A stretch of DNA of 63,846 nucleotides, counting the filler, from Octopus bimaculoides (Eukaryota): assembly GCF_001194135.2 (NCBI RefSeq). It is 6 parts of 5 records of this genome, joined end to end, with 100 filler letters (N's around TTAATTAATTAA, not from the genome) between each part and the next. Parts side by side here need not be neighbours in the genome. Positions count along the whole stretch, not along the records: positions 21,517 to 50,634 come from NC_068987.1; positions 50,735 to 56,829 come from NC_068999.1; 4 more parts are not named here. The stretch is one strand, 5' to 3'. Positions 38,981-52,859 of the stretch are shown piece after piece. Position 1 is the first letter of the stretch. Each line of letters opens with the position of its first letter. The position numbers were made by a program, and so were the translations under genes. The notes beneath the pieces are model-generated. The model was not told the origin of the DNA. It saw nothing but the letters and a program-made list of their open reading frames with translations, and searched no databases.

Positions 38981-39200
38981 GGCAGCACACCAGGCGAAGT
39001 GCTTGGCAGTATTTCGTCTGCCGTTATATTCTGAGTTCAAATTCTGCCGAGGTCGACTTCACCTTTTATCCTTTCAGGATCGATTAAATAAGTACTAGTT
39101 ACTAGTTGTGCACTGGGGGTTGATGTAACCGACTTAATCCCTTTGTCTGTCCTTGTTTGTTCCCTCTCTGTTTAGACCCCTGTGGGCAATAAAGAAATAA
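38981..39200 (+). mobile_element. SINE family C, 5'-truncated
   Basis: CTGAGTTCAAATTCTGCCGAGGTCGACTTCACCTTTTATCCTTTCAGGATCGATTAAATAAGTAC. Confidence 0.78.
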
Positions 39201-42200
39201 AAATTTGGGATTAGGGAAATTTAGCTCAATCTTTTGAAATAAAAGAATGTATTATGGATTTTTTAAAAAATCTAAAGATACTAGTCCAACTCCTAGTGTG
39301 AAAATGAAAATAATGTTTCAAACAGTGAGATATATTATGCAAGCAGTATAATTTTTAATTGTTTAGGCAAGTTAAAAAAACAATAGCTACATATCTATAT
39401 GAATAAAAACAATTCAGGAATCATTTGGTTAATTCGTTTTCATAGTGAAATTAATAGTTAGTGATTGTGTGCCCAAGATAGCATTGTCCTTTCACAAGAT
39501 CATTTATTGTCATGTGTAATAGAAAATGCCATAAAATTAGTTGTCTTCAGTAATGACTAAAATTTTTGAAGATTAAAGACATGATGAATGATCTCCCCTC
39601 TACGACTCAACGAAAAAGTAGCAACGTTTATGTTTTATGGTCAACGTCTAGATGCCATTAAATGCATTTTATGTTATTTTAAAATGTAGTTCAAATTTAC
39701 AAGTTTACCTTTTGCATTAGTATTTTTCTAGTAGTTTGTAACTTGTTAAATATTATTAAATGTCTCATTTTGACGTGAAAATAGTAAATAAATCTTAAAT
39801 CAAATCATTTCAAAGTATTGATCATAGAAACTCTATACAAATTATTTTAAAATAAAACCTGTTGATGAAATATATAATTTTTAATACAATATTGTTACTT
39901 TAAAACCAAAAAAAACAAGAGATTAAAAAAAAAATCAATTGCTGGTGTTGTAACAGCTTTCATGTGACCCCTGCATCAACAGGTGTCAACTGGAGAATGA
40001 CTAGACCATGGAAAAAAACTCAGTATTTCTGCTATCTCAGGATTGTTTTTAGAGGAAAGAGATAAAACTGAACTGTAGGAGAGGGAGTGCTCCATCTTGT
40101 TAGCTGATTGTCTTTGAAAGGCTCACTATTATAACAAATTTAACTAATTAACAATAAATACTCTCAAAGCGAAATCCATATAAAATGTTAATAACATTTT
40201 TCACAAAACCAAAAGCTTTATTATTGTTGGTTTCATATCAAATAATACTTCATCTTAAGTGGACATAGTATATCTGGATAAAAGTATATTCAAGAAAATA
40301 TACTTTTTGTGCATATTGAGAAATATGCTCAAAAGGTCAGATTTTTTTTTATGTACATTTAACTGCATATGTCTTACAATGATAACTCATATTAATTTTT
40401 GATATAGCTTCAGTTATTACTATGGTTGTCTTTGTGTTGTGTTTTTTTATTGTGCAGTCATTGCAAGTTATTGTCCTTGATATGCTTATAAGTTTGTCTT
40501 TGTTTCTATAACCCATGGAGAGTTTTGTAGGTGTTGAGTAAGACGACCCAAATTTGCTATAAGACAAACACCACTTAATGATAAAGATGTCAGGAAAATT
40601 TTTCAATTTCAGTAACTAAACAGAAACAATGGCAAAATTTTGGTAATTTGACATCAAAATAATCTTACATGATGTAGTATTGTGGCTGTCATGAAATTCC
40701 AGACATGTTTTTCCTTGTATTTATTGAAGATGTCATATACCTTCAGTTATAAAGAGAGATGTTAGCTAAACATGCTGAAACAGCTGATGAATTCAAATTA
40801 CTGGAACACAAGCAACATGGCAACAAATCAATAAATGACTCTTTAAGAATAAATTCACAAGCATTTTGTAAATGGAATGAAGTTGATGGAAAACTCTGAG
40901 CAAGAGAGAATTAAACTGTCGTAATTGTGGTTAAAGACACAGGAAAAGTGTCTAGCATTCAAATTAAGTGACCTGAATATGGAAAGCCACTTCACTTTAC
41001 TAAATATTATTGGTCAGGTCCTATCTATGGCATCAATGAATTTTCATACGAAGACATGCTCAGTGTGCCTCCATGCTTAATGTCAACAATGTACATCTTA
41101 ATTAATGTTTTAAATATATACTATAAATTGAACAATGTTCCAATTGGAATGAAAATAGGTAGTGGTGCATCTTGTTCAATTATCCTTTATTCCTATATTG
41201 ATATGATAAATTCAGCGTTATTATTCATCAGTTAAACATTTAGATAACTAGTTGTTCAGCACTGAAGATGAACTCATTGCTAATTTTTCATGGAGGAATT
41301 AATGTCACAGATTTTCCTTTGACTTCAGATTAAATGGAATAGGGCATTTTATACTGAGGCACATAACAGCTATTGACAATGTTTGTGAAAGGTCATATAG
41401 CTAGTGTTCTATGGGTAGAAGAATAAGCAACATAAGCCAATTTTACTGCTGAAATCATTAACAGAGGCCCCTAGTAATCATCTATTATTATTAGAAAAGA
41501 TTATTCTCTGAATGCTGAACTTATTTTGAAAATTATTAGTGGGAATATTATCCTGTAGCAGTCATTAGCCAGATTTAATAAGTTAATGAAACTAGTTTAA
41601 TATTGAGTGTAAGGGTTATGCCATTAATTTGGTGCATTGAATGATTGAGACAATTTCTATTTGGCTGTAACTTGTTCAGTCATGGACCAGCAACTTTTAA
41701 AAACTATTTTCAGTGATCTGTCACAGGGAACTTCATAAACAGAATTGTTTGGTAAGGGCTATGTTGCAATACGATTTTACTGTAAAATGGGTTTTAGGTA
41801 AATTAAGATTGCATATTTCCTAACTTGACTTGAATACAAAAGATTTGAAACTTACACTGGTTTTCTGTTCACCTTACTAATTAGCCAAAATTCATGTGAA
41901 CACCTAAACACAAAAACGACTGAGTTGGTTAACAATCACTTGACGCATACAGGGAAATAATGAATATATCTTAGCTATAGTTGTTTGGATTGAGAGTTGT
42001 GGGCCTGGATAAGCCATTGTGTTAATTTGTCTTTCTGCAAACTGAAGAATTCTAAGAATTTATAAGGGTGTATATTCAATCTTTCCACTTATACTTTTAA
42101 AACAAAACAGTTTTAGAATTAGTTTGAGTGTCATGCAATTTATAATGCTGATACTTCAGGTAGTGATGTTTTCAGGTGATATGTTAATTCAATTAATGAT

Positions 42201-45200
42201 TGCTTGGGTCTCTTTCCTTTATCTAGTTTTCTGACTCAATGAATAGAACCAATTTAGGTATCATCAGTTTCAAATCTTAGTAATTACGTTGTTAATTAGG
42301 GAATATATAGAAAATTGCAGCTTGTTCTTGTAGCTAGGTTTTTTTTAATTAAAAAAAACTTTTTTTAAGTGTCACTAATTGATATTTTCTGTTTTTAATG
42401 CATTGGATAATTCTATTACTAATATTTAAAATATAAAGTGTTTTGTGTGTGGAATGTTTTTACATTTTGGAAGCAGCTTGTTTAAAACAGATGAAAGAGA
42501 AATAAATTAATATTTCTGAAGGCAGAATTAGTAGAGTTTTGCACCTCTGTTATTTCTGAATTCAAATATAGCACTGATAGATTTTCTCTTTCTTACAACC
42601 CTTCATATTTTTGGAGTCAGTAAAATAAATCTAGGGTTGATATTGACTGTACCCTTGCAATCCAAGTCCTAGTATAGCCAAAGTCCACTGACTAGAATCA
42701 GTAAAAGACTAAATGAATATCTATAAATATTAAGTGTAAAATGTGTGATTAGTTAAGTTCAAAATGTTTACATATTTGGGAAATATTTATGTATATGTAA
42801 AATACAGAAACCATACAAAATCTTCTGTAAGTATGAAAAGCTAATCCAACGGAAAATGCTGGTAAGACATTTCATTTTGAGTAATTCAAGTGATGGATAA
42901 GGACACAATTTTATGTGTAGTAAATGTTTTATGGCACACTTCCATCCAGAGAAAACAGCATATTGTATGGTTGTTCTTAGAAATAAAGTTTCTTTGTTTC
43001 TGATGTGTTGGTTCATTCCTTGCTCAATGCTGTATCTTGTCCACAAAGAATGCAGCTAAGCAGTAAAATCATCTGTTCTGCCCTTGTAGCAATTTATCTG
43101 TTGCATGCCGTGTGCAAAAAAAAAAAAAAATTCTTTTGCCATTTTGAATGTTTGATTCCCAGGGAAGGAAAGCCTCTCCTGACAGTTTTATTGTCAACAA
43201 GGACAGAATTGCTACACAAGATCAAGCTGTATGTCAGTCACCTACTGACGTGAGTTTATATTTTGCAGTTTCTTATATCTTATTTCAAGTCTAGCTACTT
43301 TTCTTTCACTGTTCAAATAGTTAAAATGCTGTGATTTTAAACTCTATGAACAAGAATATCTACTCACACACATTCAGATGCACACATTATTTCAACACAC
43401 ACACATGGACACACTCACAAACATACAAATGCAGTCATGTTTGTTAGTTAGGAAATCTGTCAAACATTCAATAGATAAATTCTGAAAATATTCTATAGTA
43501 CATTTGATCTTCAATTCTAGTAAAGACTGTTTGTGTATTACAGAATAATGATATTATTAATAATTAACTCTTCTGATAATTATATTCAATCTTGAAGGGT
43601 TTTCAGCAATCATATTTAATGAAATAGAACATTAATTCTGAATAAAAACTGATTTCTATTTTATCAGTCACCTTTTCTGCCATACATATTGGTTATGTAA
43701 GTTGTTCACAAAGTATTGTTTATGCTGAAGTCAATTTGATTGACTTTTAGATCAAAACCTTCCAGCTATGGCCACCTCTACTATTTTTCAGGCATAATGT
43801 ACTTTGAACAGCTCTGTACAATGTCTTTTTTTAGACAATAGAGTATAATTTGAGGGTGATTTGGTTGCTGTTTCTAACATGTTGAGTATGTATGGATACA
43901 GAACTTAAGAAACAGTTATCCTATATTTTCTTTAATATTTCAGACCAGAAATAGAATTATTTATTTTCTATTGGTCAAATTAAAACTTTTGTCAATTTTC
44001 CCATGAAAACAATTGTTTTTAATCAATTCTTCACTAAAACACAAGTTTCCTTTTTCTGCACTAATATATTTGCCTAGTTTACCTTGGCGTTTCATGATCT
44101 GTGTGACTTAAATATTGCTCACCTATTTGAAAACTAGTCCATTTGTAACACTAGACAGAGTAGCAACACTTCAAATTAAAGATACTTTTCCAAAAGTTAA
44201 TAATCTATTTTTTGGAATGTGTCTCAATATCAGAAAACTGATGTGTATATTATGTATTTCAAGCAGTCTGCTCAAAGATACAATTTAATAGATGCATTTG
44301 TATTGCATCATAAATGTTCTTGACTTATGGTGTAGATTAAAACATTTTGCAGTTGCACTGTATTGATCAAGTATTTGAAAAATTATGGGACTTAGGCTTT
44401 ATCTAACTCCGACAATCAAAACTGTAAGGCCATAACTATAGCTGCTGTCCTGTATTCATTCAAACCTTCCCTACTTGCTAGCTTTTCTTTTTAATTTTTA
44501 CTTCAGTGCAACTTATAGTATTGGAGTTTTCTTAAACTCTTAACTTTAATGAAGGTAAGTGTTAAATGCAATTAATTTAACTTGCTTTATTGATGATTAT
44601 CTTGTTTTTTATGCTTTCTTAAGACCATTTTATTGAATAACTTGATCTCCAAATATACCTACTTATTAACAAAGTTAAAGAATCTTGTTTTTTTTGTTTT
44701 TTTTTCTGCTTATTGAATTCAAGCTGAGAAGTAGGTTTTCATTTTGGCTATGAAATAACGTCTGTAGCCAGGTTGTTTTTATTCATGATTCTTTCCAGCT
44801 TGCGATGTCTTCAAATTACCTCCCTTGCTTTATACCTTCGTTTTTAACATCTCTACTATGCCACACTGCACTCACTACAAAGTTGATTTCATAACATTAT
44901 CCTAACCATCAGAATTTTTCTGCCCCTCGCATCATGTATCATTTTACACCAAATGTTAGCATATGCGCACTATTGTTGCCTGCTACAAAACTATGATTGT
45001 AAGGTGCTCAAAATCTAAGATAAATTCTTATCAGATATACTACAGTGGAAGAGTTAACATACACGATTAGTTTTATTTGTGTGAATTTAGATATATAATT
45101 GCAAAACATATTTTTGATAGAAATTGAAAGTAATCATTTCTAGTATCAAATGGTTTCATATGTTGTATGGAAAGTACATTTGTGGTGACTATGAACTCTG

Positions 45201-48046
45201 TTGGCTTCATATGTGATATGTACTTATATACGATTTGTGAGAAATTTGACCAGCTAGTATTTTACTCCTGTTAGCAATGAAGCTTTATGTTTGTGTATGT
45301 GTGTGTGTGTGTGCTTACTTAGTTGAATGGAATATTTTTGAAACTGTGTCATTAGCAGTTGCTTTAGGGCAGAATAGCTAACAAGGATAATGACTGAAAA
45401 CAGATAAAGAAACACTTAATCTTATGGTAGCTAAATCGGCAAGAGTATATAGTTTTCCCCTTAAGCCAGTAGATTGTGTATTTTTCTTTTAAAATCTTTT
45501 GCTGATAATTCAATTTGGTGATGATCAAGCTTACTCTGAATTACAGAAAATGCTGTGATATCAAATGCGATAATTATTGGTAGATGATTTAATTTCTGTA
45601 ATACAATATTTTTCTTCTGAAATATTTTAATATTTACTTAAGAATTCAGGCTTATTTTGTCAGGTGTAGAAAAGTTCTAGTGTAATGTTGATTTCTACTA
45701 ATAAAAGAAATACTTGCGATTTATTTGTTGGAAAAATATCCCAAAAATTGGACTTTACTTGGAAAGCTACCAACTTGGTGTGTAGTATTATTTCAGATGT
45801 TTACTCATTTGAGTTTATAAGCTGAACTATAAATTATATTATCATGAGTTTATATCTTGCTGAAGCAATATTTTATTGCCCATGGGCAAAACACATTACT
45901 CAATTTGGTTGGATGTCTGGTAATGTTTATATAGGCAAACCTTTTCCATCTGTGGTATCACAAACAAAATATACACTCTCTTACTGAAGTAGTATAGTCT
46001 TCCATTCAATATAATCTGAGTTACATATTAGTAGCATGGCTCCCTTACCTTCAAAACTTTCAGCAAAATGAAAAACAAAACAACATAGAATTAACGACAA
46101 CATTCTACAGGTGTTTCTGTTTTTGAATTCTTTCAAATGCAATACTGTTAATACATTCAAAACTGCTGTTTAAAATGAGGCCAACAGTTTTTATTTATTA
46201 AATACAGCCTTAAACATATCTTTATCTAAATGTACTATATCTTGTCTTCATTTAAACAGTGGTTTACCTTCTTCCTCCTGGAAACTTATATTTTGTTTGC
46301 TTAGTATACATGTTTAAAAATTCCTATTTTTCAGGGTAATATTTCAATATTGTCCTGATATCACCACCTCACAACATACCTCCTCGTGCTTCTCCCATCA
46401 ACAGCATTCTTTTCTTGCTTGTCTTTTTAAGATTCCATAATTTTAAATAGATTGCCTGGGTGCATGAATTCAAAATCAGATATCATTTTATGATAAATTC
46501 GAAATACTATATATGAGAATTTTTTTTTCTAAATTAAAATCAAGTGCATATATATTTTAATTGATAAAAAATTACCTCAATTTTGAACATTACTTGTAAA
46601 GCTGCCAAACTGATGCACTAAATTGATGATTTGTGGGACAACTGTGACAGTTTGAGGATGCTGTATTTGTAATTAGTGGGATAAGTTGTTAGTGTGATGA
46701 TTTGAGAATGTTTTTTTTAGCTTGTTTTATTTTCTATTTTCATGTACCTTTATTCTGGACAAGATACTGGGAATGATTAGACTAAACTGAACAACAATTG
46801 AAAGAAAAAAAAAAAAAACTTCCTCTGTGTAACAGGCAATTTGAATTTTGTGTACAAAATTCCAGTAAATAAACGGGTTTTTGGTAATGAATTAAATTTA
46901 GGCTTATCTCGTTAGGGTTTACAAGATATTCATTGAGCTAGCTCATTGGCAACATTTTTTAAATGAATTGTGGTTAGATGGGGGATTTTTAAACTTGTAA
47001 TTATAAAAATAAGCATTTGTGCCTAAAAAAATTCTAGGTTATTTCTGGTTTGTGGTAAACTTGGACGTAATGGTTTGAAAATAATGAAAAAAGTAATTTT
47101 GCAGTGTGTGGGAGGTAAATTCATTTTTGGTACCCTAAATTATTATTAATTTTGCATGTATAATAAGCATGCTTCTTTCTGCATGGAAGTTAGGTGGGTA
47201 GGTGGGGGGGGGGTGTAATTCATTAGTTTCATTTTGTCTCGTCAATACATGAATTTGTAAACACATCTTCCATGTGGATTCACTAGTTGCTGTGGATGGA
47301 ATACCAAGCAGTTTGATCTAGCATTAAACTGTTCACCTTGATTTGCATTGCAACCTTGGGCAGAATGAAACTGTTTTTAGGAAATGGTAATGATGTGAGT
47401 ACTTTCTTCCCTGCCTTTGTTTCACATATTCTCATCGTTTTTGCTCAATATGTTTACATGCATATTTGTTAATAGGAAACTTTGAAAATCTGCTACCTAT
47501 TTGAAGTTTTACTGAAATTTCTTCATGAAATGCAGGGGATAAGGAATTATAAAAATGTTTCTGGGGGTATACTCAGAATATGATTGTGATTTCACAACTT
47601 TTTTTTTCCTTTGTTGGTTGCTTTTGTTTGTATAAATGGGTAAGTTGTGTGGAAGAAAGGGACGGCACAATTAGTGTGTTAATTGCACATAGGTGGAAAA
47701 TAGGATGTTTTGTGGGTGATTATGAAATCTTAACTTTTATCACAAAGCTTTTTCTCAAACAAAATTTATTGTAAATTACATTTTTGTATTAACTGAGGAA
47801 AGATTTTATTTAACACTATACTAATATATTAAATTTTTTTTTCATTCTGAAGATGTTGCTTTAGTTTGAAAAATAATTAGAAAAATAACCAGAACTATTA
47901 TATTTTTGATTTCATTTGTAAATTAAACTATATATGGATGGTTCTTGTTAGCACTGATTCAAATTAAAAAAAAAACAGTTATATTTATGCAATATTAAAA
48001 TTACTGTTTCAAAAAAAGTAAAATATCATTTCTTTATCTTATCAAG

Positions 48047-48450
48047 GTTGGGATATCTCATCTGCCAACGTAGCTGATGCAATGGAGAGAGCTCAAGTTC
48101 TAGATTACAATTTACAGGTACAAGTGAGACCGTATCTTGAAGGGATTCGTCCGAGACCTTCTGTTTACATGCCTGACTTCATAGCAGCTAACCAAGCAGC
48201 ACGGGCCAATAATGTATTATCTGGTACAAAGCAAGAAATGTTGGAACAACTACGGAAAGATATTCGTTCCTTTAAAGAAAATAACGCTATTGATAAGGTT
48301 ATTGTTCTCTGGACAGCTAACACTGAAAGGTTTTGTGATGTTCGTCATGGACTAAATGACACTGCAGATGCCCTAATAAAGAGCATCCGTAACAATGAAA
48401 GTGAAGTGTCACCATCCACATTGTTTGCTGTTGCCAGTATTTTGGAAGGA
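48047..48450 (+). CDS. ISYNA1: Myo-inositol-1-phosphate synthase, coding exon 3; gene 3'-truncated by scaffold end
   Basis: Acceptor ctttatcttatcaag|GT completes the Gly codon from exon 2, giving GWDISS; contains [16 protein letters not shown] and the conserved [10 protein letters not shown], ending [14 protein letters not shown]; donor GGA|GTAAGT. The NGSPQNT and SYNHLGNNDG exons were not found before 50634. Confidence 0.97.
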
Positions 48451-49661
48451 GTAAGTTTCTTTTTTTTGGGGTTTTTTTTTTTTGTTACTCTCTTTAAAAT
48501 TGATAACTACATATCTCCTCTACAAGACACCTGTGCTTGTCCTATCATACCTTACCTTCTCAACACCTGGCATAAAGCCACCTCCCCACTCTCTTAAATA
48601 CACCCATCCACTCAGGCGAGAAAAGTTTTCATCTTATAAAAATTACTAGGTGTCTTCACTAGTGTTAGGGACGGGAAAAATGCACCCCATATTCACTGTA
48701 AAGTGATTAACATTAGGAAAGGCATCCAACTGTAGAAACCATATCAAAGCTGACATTGTAGCTTGATGCAATCTTGCAGCTTGTTGGACCATGTCACATT
48801 CCACACTAAAGTGTCCACTATTCATAATTATATCTGTGCTTTAAAACTAAATCTCTTTTATTGGTTATCTCATTACACTGCTTACATTTTTTCACCTTTA
48901 GATAGAGTTTATAAGTTTGGTAACAATTTACTTCCCGTGCAATTTTCATTTTTTTTCTTCATGCAAGCATGGGTTAGGTGAATATGTTATCTATTGAGAC
49001 ATTGTTTTATAATCAGATTGCCCTTCTTATTCTACACATACTTTGTCACGTCTGGCCGTATAGCCTTTTTTGTTTGTTTATTTCACTATTTTGTTTTCCT
49101 GTCTTGTTTTCTGTCCGCCACTACATTCCTCCATGGAACAAATTTAATTTGTATCCGTGGGAAGAGCCATTTTAACGATGTGTCCTGCCCTAACTCTTTG
49201 AAACGCCAGTGTTATAATGGTGGCAGCTGATGAAGGAAATGTTCTCTATGTGGCCTGTGTGTTTTCTGTACCGTTTATCATTTTGTCCATGTTTTTTTGC
49301 AACGTCATGTACCCAGATATGCATCTATATATACATGTAGATGAAGGTATGTACATATGTATGCATATACTCATATATTATTTGTATTTTCTTATTCTAC
49401 ATGGCTTTAAAAGAGTGAAGGTGTTGACAGAAGAGTTGACAACCACTACAGCACTGCCCATCACAACTTTGATACATGTGTGTGATTGTATGTAATCACA
49501 AACATAAATATTATATCTTCTTAGTCTATGCCACATCACTTGTGGTTGTCAACTTCAACTTGAGAGTAAACTTCTTTCCAGGTTATGCGAAATTGCATTG
49601 CCAACTTTGAGATAGTGCACAGTTCTGTGTCCTGCATATGTTCATGTACATATATATATAT

Positions 49662-50182
49662 TCTTTTACTTGATTCAGTCATTCTACTGTGGCCATGCTG
49701 GGGCACCACCTTGTAGGATTTTAGTTCAACAATGGACCCCCAGGACTTATATTTTAAGCCTAGTACTTATTCTATCAGTCTCTTTTGCCAAACTGCTAAG
49801 CTATGGGTACATAGTCAAGTGTACATTGTCAAGTGGTGATGGTGGGGACAAACAGACACAAAGACACACACAGATATATACATACATACATACATACGTG
49901 TGTGTGTAATATATGTATGTATGACAGGCTTCTTTCAGTTTCTGTCTACTAAATCCACTTGGAGGCTATAATAGAAGACACTTGCCCAAGGTGCCATGCA
50001 ATGGGATTGAANNNNNNNNNNTATATCATATATATATAAAACGGTATTCTTTCAGTTTCCAAATCAGCTCTCATGGCTTCAAAGCTATAGTAGAAAACAC
50101 TTGTCCAAGGTACCATGCAACAGAACTGAATTCCAAATCACCTGTCTGGGAAGTGAGCTTCTTAGCCATACAGTCATGCCTG
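49662..50182 (-). mobile_element. SINE family A copy plus a second head, heavily CpG-decayed, in ISYNA1 intron 3
   Basis: Family A sequence with CG changed to TG/CA at most CpG sites; a short N gap separates it from the second head. Confidence 0.8.
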
Positions 50183-50634
50183 GTATATTTCATATTTGAT
50201 CCAATAACATTGATATGCAAGATTCAAGTGGGCATTTTACTGCATGTGCAGAAGCATGTTTGCTCAGCTGCGCATGTACATTCTTAGTATTACTGCTGGC
50301 TGAGGATTTTTATTGACCCCCCCCCCCTTAAAAAGTCAGTAGTGACTGAACATGTGAGAAAAACAAGAGTTAAAAGAAACAAATATAATTTGATAGAATT
50401 TTGCTTTAATTTTCACAAAATTCTTCCAAATTTGTCTTCTACTCATGGGAATTCATATGACTATGAAAAAAATTGTTTTTCTTTTAATTTTTCAAATTCT
50501 TTTTTTTTTTTAATCACAGTTTTAAAGTATGGATAGTCCAAAGTTTTTGGTCAAATCCCAGCAATAGACTATTATATGTGTCTATGGAGAGAAAGATATT
50601 GAAAAATATTATTACATCAGAGTAACAAACGAAC

Positions 50635-50734
50635 NNNNNNNNNNNNNNNNNNNNNNNNNNNNNNNNNNNNNNNNNNNNTTAATTAATTAANNNNNNNNNN
50701 NNNNNNNNNNNNNNNNNNNNNNNNNNNNNNNNNN
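50635..50734. other. Artificial scaffold linker (truncates ISYNA1)
   Basis: 44 N + TTAATTAATTAA (50679-50690) + 44 N. Confidence 0.95.
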
Positions 50735-50764
50735 ATATATATATATATATATATATTTATATTA

Positions 50765-50795
<31 letters not shown>

Positions 50796-52795
50796 AAGGT
50801 ATGTGATTTGGTACTCCGTAGATAGGCTACCCTTATAGTTTATAGACACAACACATTTGGAGTCAGTTAATCCATACAGTGAGAGATAAATATGAAATCA
50901 ATGCGCAACCGAAAATGCTGCTAATAGTTCCATACTTTAATGATATAAATAGATGTTATAAAAGTATTAGTAGTTCTTTCGGTTGAGGATTAAAATTATG
51001 TGTGTGTGTGTGTGTGTGTGTGTGTTTGTATGTGTAGCATGTAGCTTACTTGGACATTTTCTTCCTAACTCAGATACGTCCCCTCTCCACTTCCTGACGA
51101 AGACCCACGCGTGCACGGTATGCGCCCGCTCTTGTTACCATCATAGATGGAGCCTGAAGCTAATAAATTACATGTCTACGTATTTCCGACTTTCGTTGTT
51201 TTCTTAATTTCTAATATATACATATGGGTGTGCATGTGTGTTCGCGTGCATGTGTGCGCGTGCGTGTGTGTCTATATTTAGCGTAAAGTATCTGAAAGGT
51301 GGATACTCAATACAATGGTAGTGTTCGATGTTATTCTTTATTTTGTTCAAGGCATTTTCTGGCTATTCTGAGTTTCACGATTCAGTACAGGCGATCTTCT
51401 GGCTTTTGCACCCATAAGTGAAACTCGGTGTAGCAAGAGATATACTCAACCAACATAGTAAGTACGTGTCAGTGTGTGTTTGTATGTCTGTATGTATGTG
51501 TATTTCTTTGTGTGGTTTTCTATAGAATCGTCTAGCTTAATAAGTAGGGTTTTATTGTGTTTCACTCACGATTGTGAGACTGGTCTTTTGTTGTGTTCTT
51601 GAGTGAATCGGTTCCTATTGTGTTGCTACAGTCAGCTCAGTTGTAAAGTATTAGACATACGACAGATTGACGGTATGTTTACGGAAAATATCGGCCTGAT
51701 GCTAAGACTGAGATACACTTTGTGAGTAGCAGAACTTCACATCCGATATTCAGCTCCATGTCATTTTATATCATTTCTTACACTACATCGGGAATATACC
51801 TTCATGTTCTTTTGTTATTTCACCAAGCATCGGACGTCCTTATTTAAGTTTACATTCCAATAAGCCGACATTAAGTAGCACGGTCATCTGCATGAAAATA
51901 TTAATGTAATCCTTTCAGGTTCAAGAATTTAAACAGAAGTATTTTTATATACTAATTTTTGAAATAATCTTATCGATCATTGGATCGCTTTTATAAGAAA
52001 TATATATGCCAACACAATTTTATGTATCACAATTCAGTCAATATCTTTCCCCTGCCCCAGAAGAGATCACCATGACAAAGATTTCTAAACTTCACACAAC
52101 AGTAGTCTCATGGGAAGATGCATCATTGCATCCACAATTTCTTCGTAATTCCCTTATACCTTCCACCACTCAGGTCACAAACCCCCACCCGTTGGTCTGT
52201 TTGGGTAGTCGTTGCGGGTGAATGATTTACAGGATGAAAATGCAAATCCTACCGTAACATGTTAGTCGCTTTTTACGACACACTTCGGAAACACACTTTG
52301 GCATGCCGGCCTCCATGCAGAACATGAGTAATGTAAAATTCAGTGTCCTGGTCCGGGATTCGAACTCACAATGGACTGATCATGATGTCAACGACATAAC
52401 CACTGGTTTTCACTCCTGATCCACAATCACATAGCTGTATAATCCAAATCGGAAGCTACTGAATTGCTTATAGATCCCTGATGTATTCAGTTGCGATAGA
52501 ATCATATTTATTTGAGAAACATGGGTATATCTGTGAGCGTGTGTGTGTGTGTGTGTGTGTGCTTCTGTGTATAGGTTTGTATGTATATATAAATATGGGT
52601 ATGTACACACACACACACACACACACGACAACGACAGAAATCTTCCGCACTTTTAATTTTACCAGCGTATTCTTTTATCTAATCTCATGTATGTATGAGA
52701 TCTATCAATGAATATATGGAAAATAAACACGCGCAAACCAGGTTTCTGTTCATCTCTGACATACGGAAATCATAATAAATTTGAACATACATTTT

Positions 52796-52859
<64 letters not shown>

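Noticed and set aside
40980-41230. Weak resemblance to a reverse-transcriptase G..MGS motif (IGMKIGSGAS)
   Set aside because: No other RT motif nearby and many stops; not supportable.
48451-48597. Continuation of the ISYNA1 ORF past ILEG
   Set aside because: Begins at a GTAAGT donor and loses MIPS similarity (NGSPQNT is expected next); it is intron 3.
49195-49245. GAAAC...CTGATGA as a type II hammerhead in a CpG-retaining repeat
   Set aside because: No NUH site and no stem I between stem III and the core.
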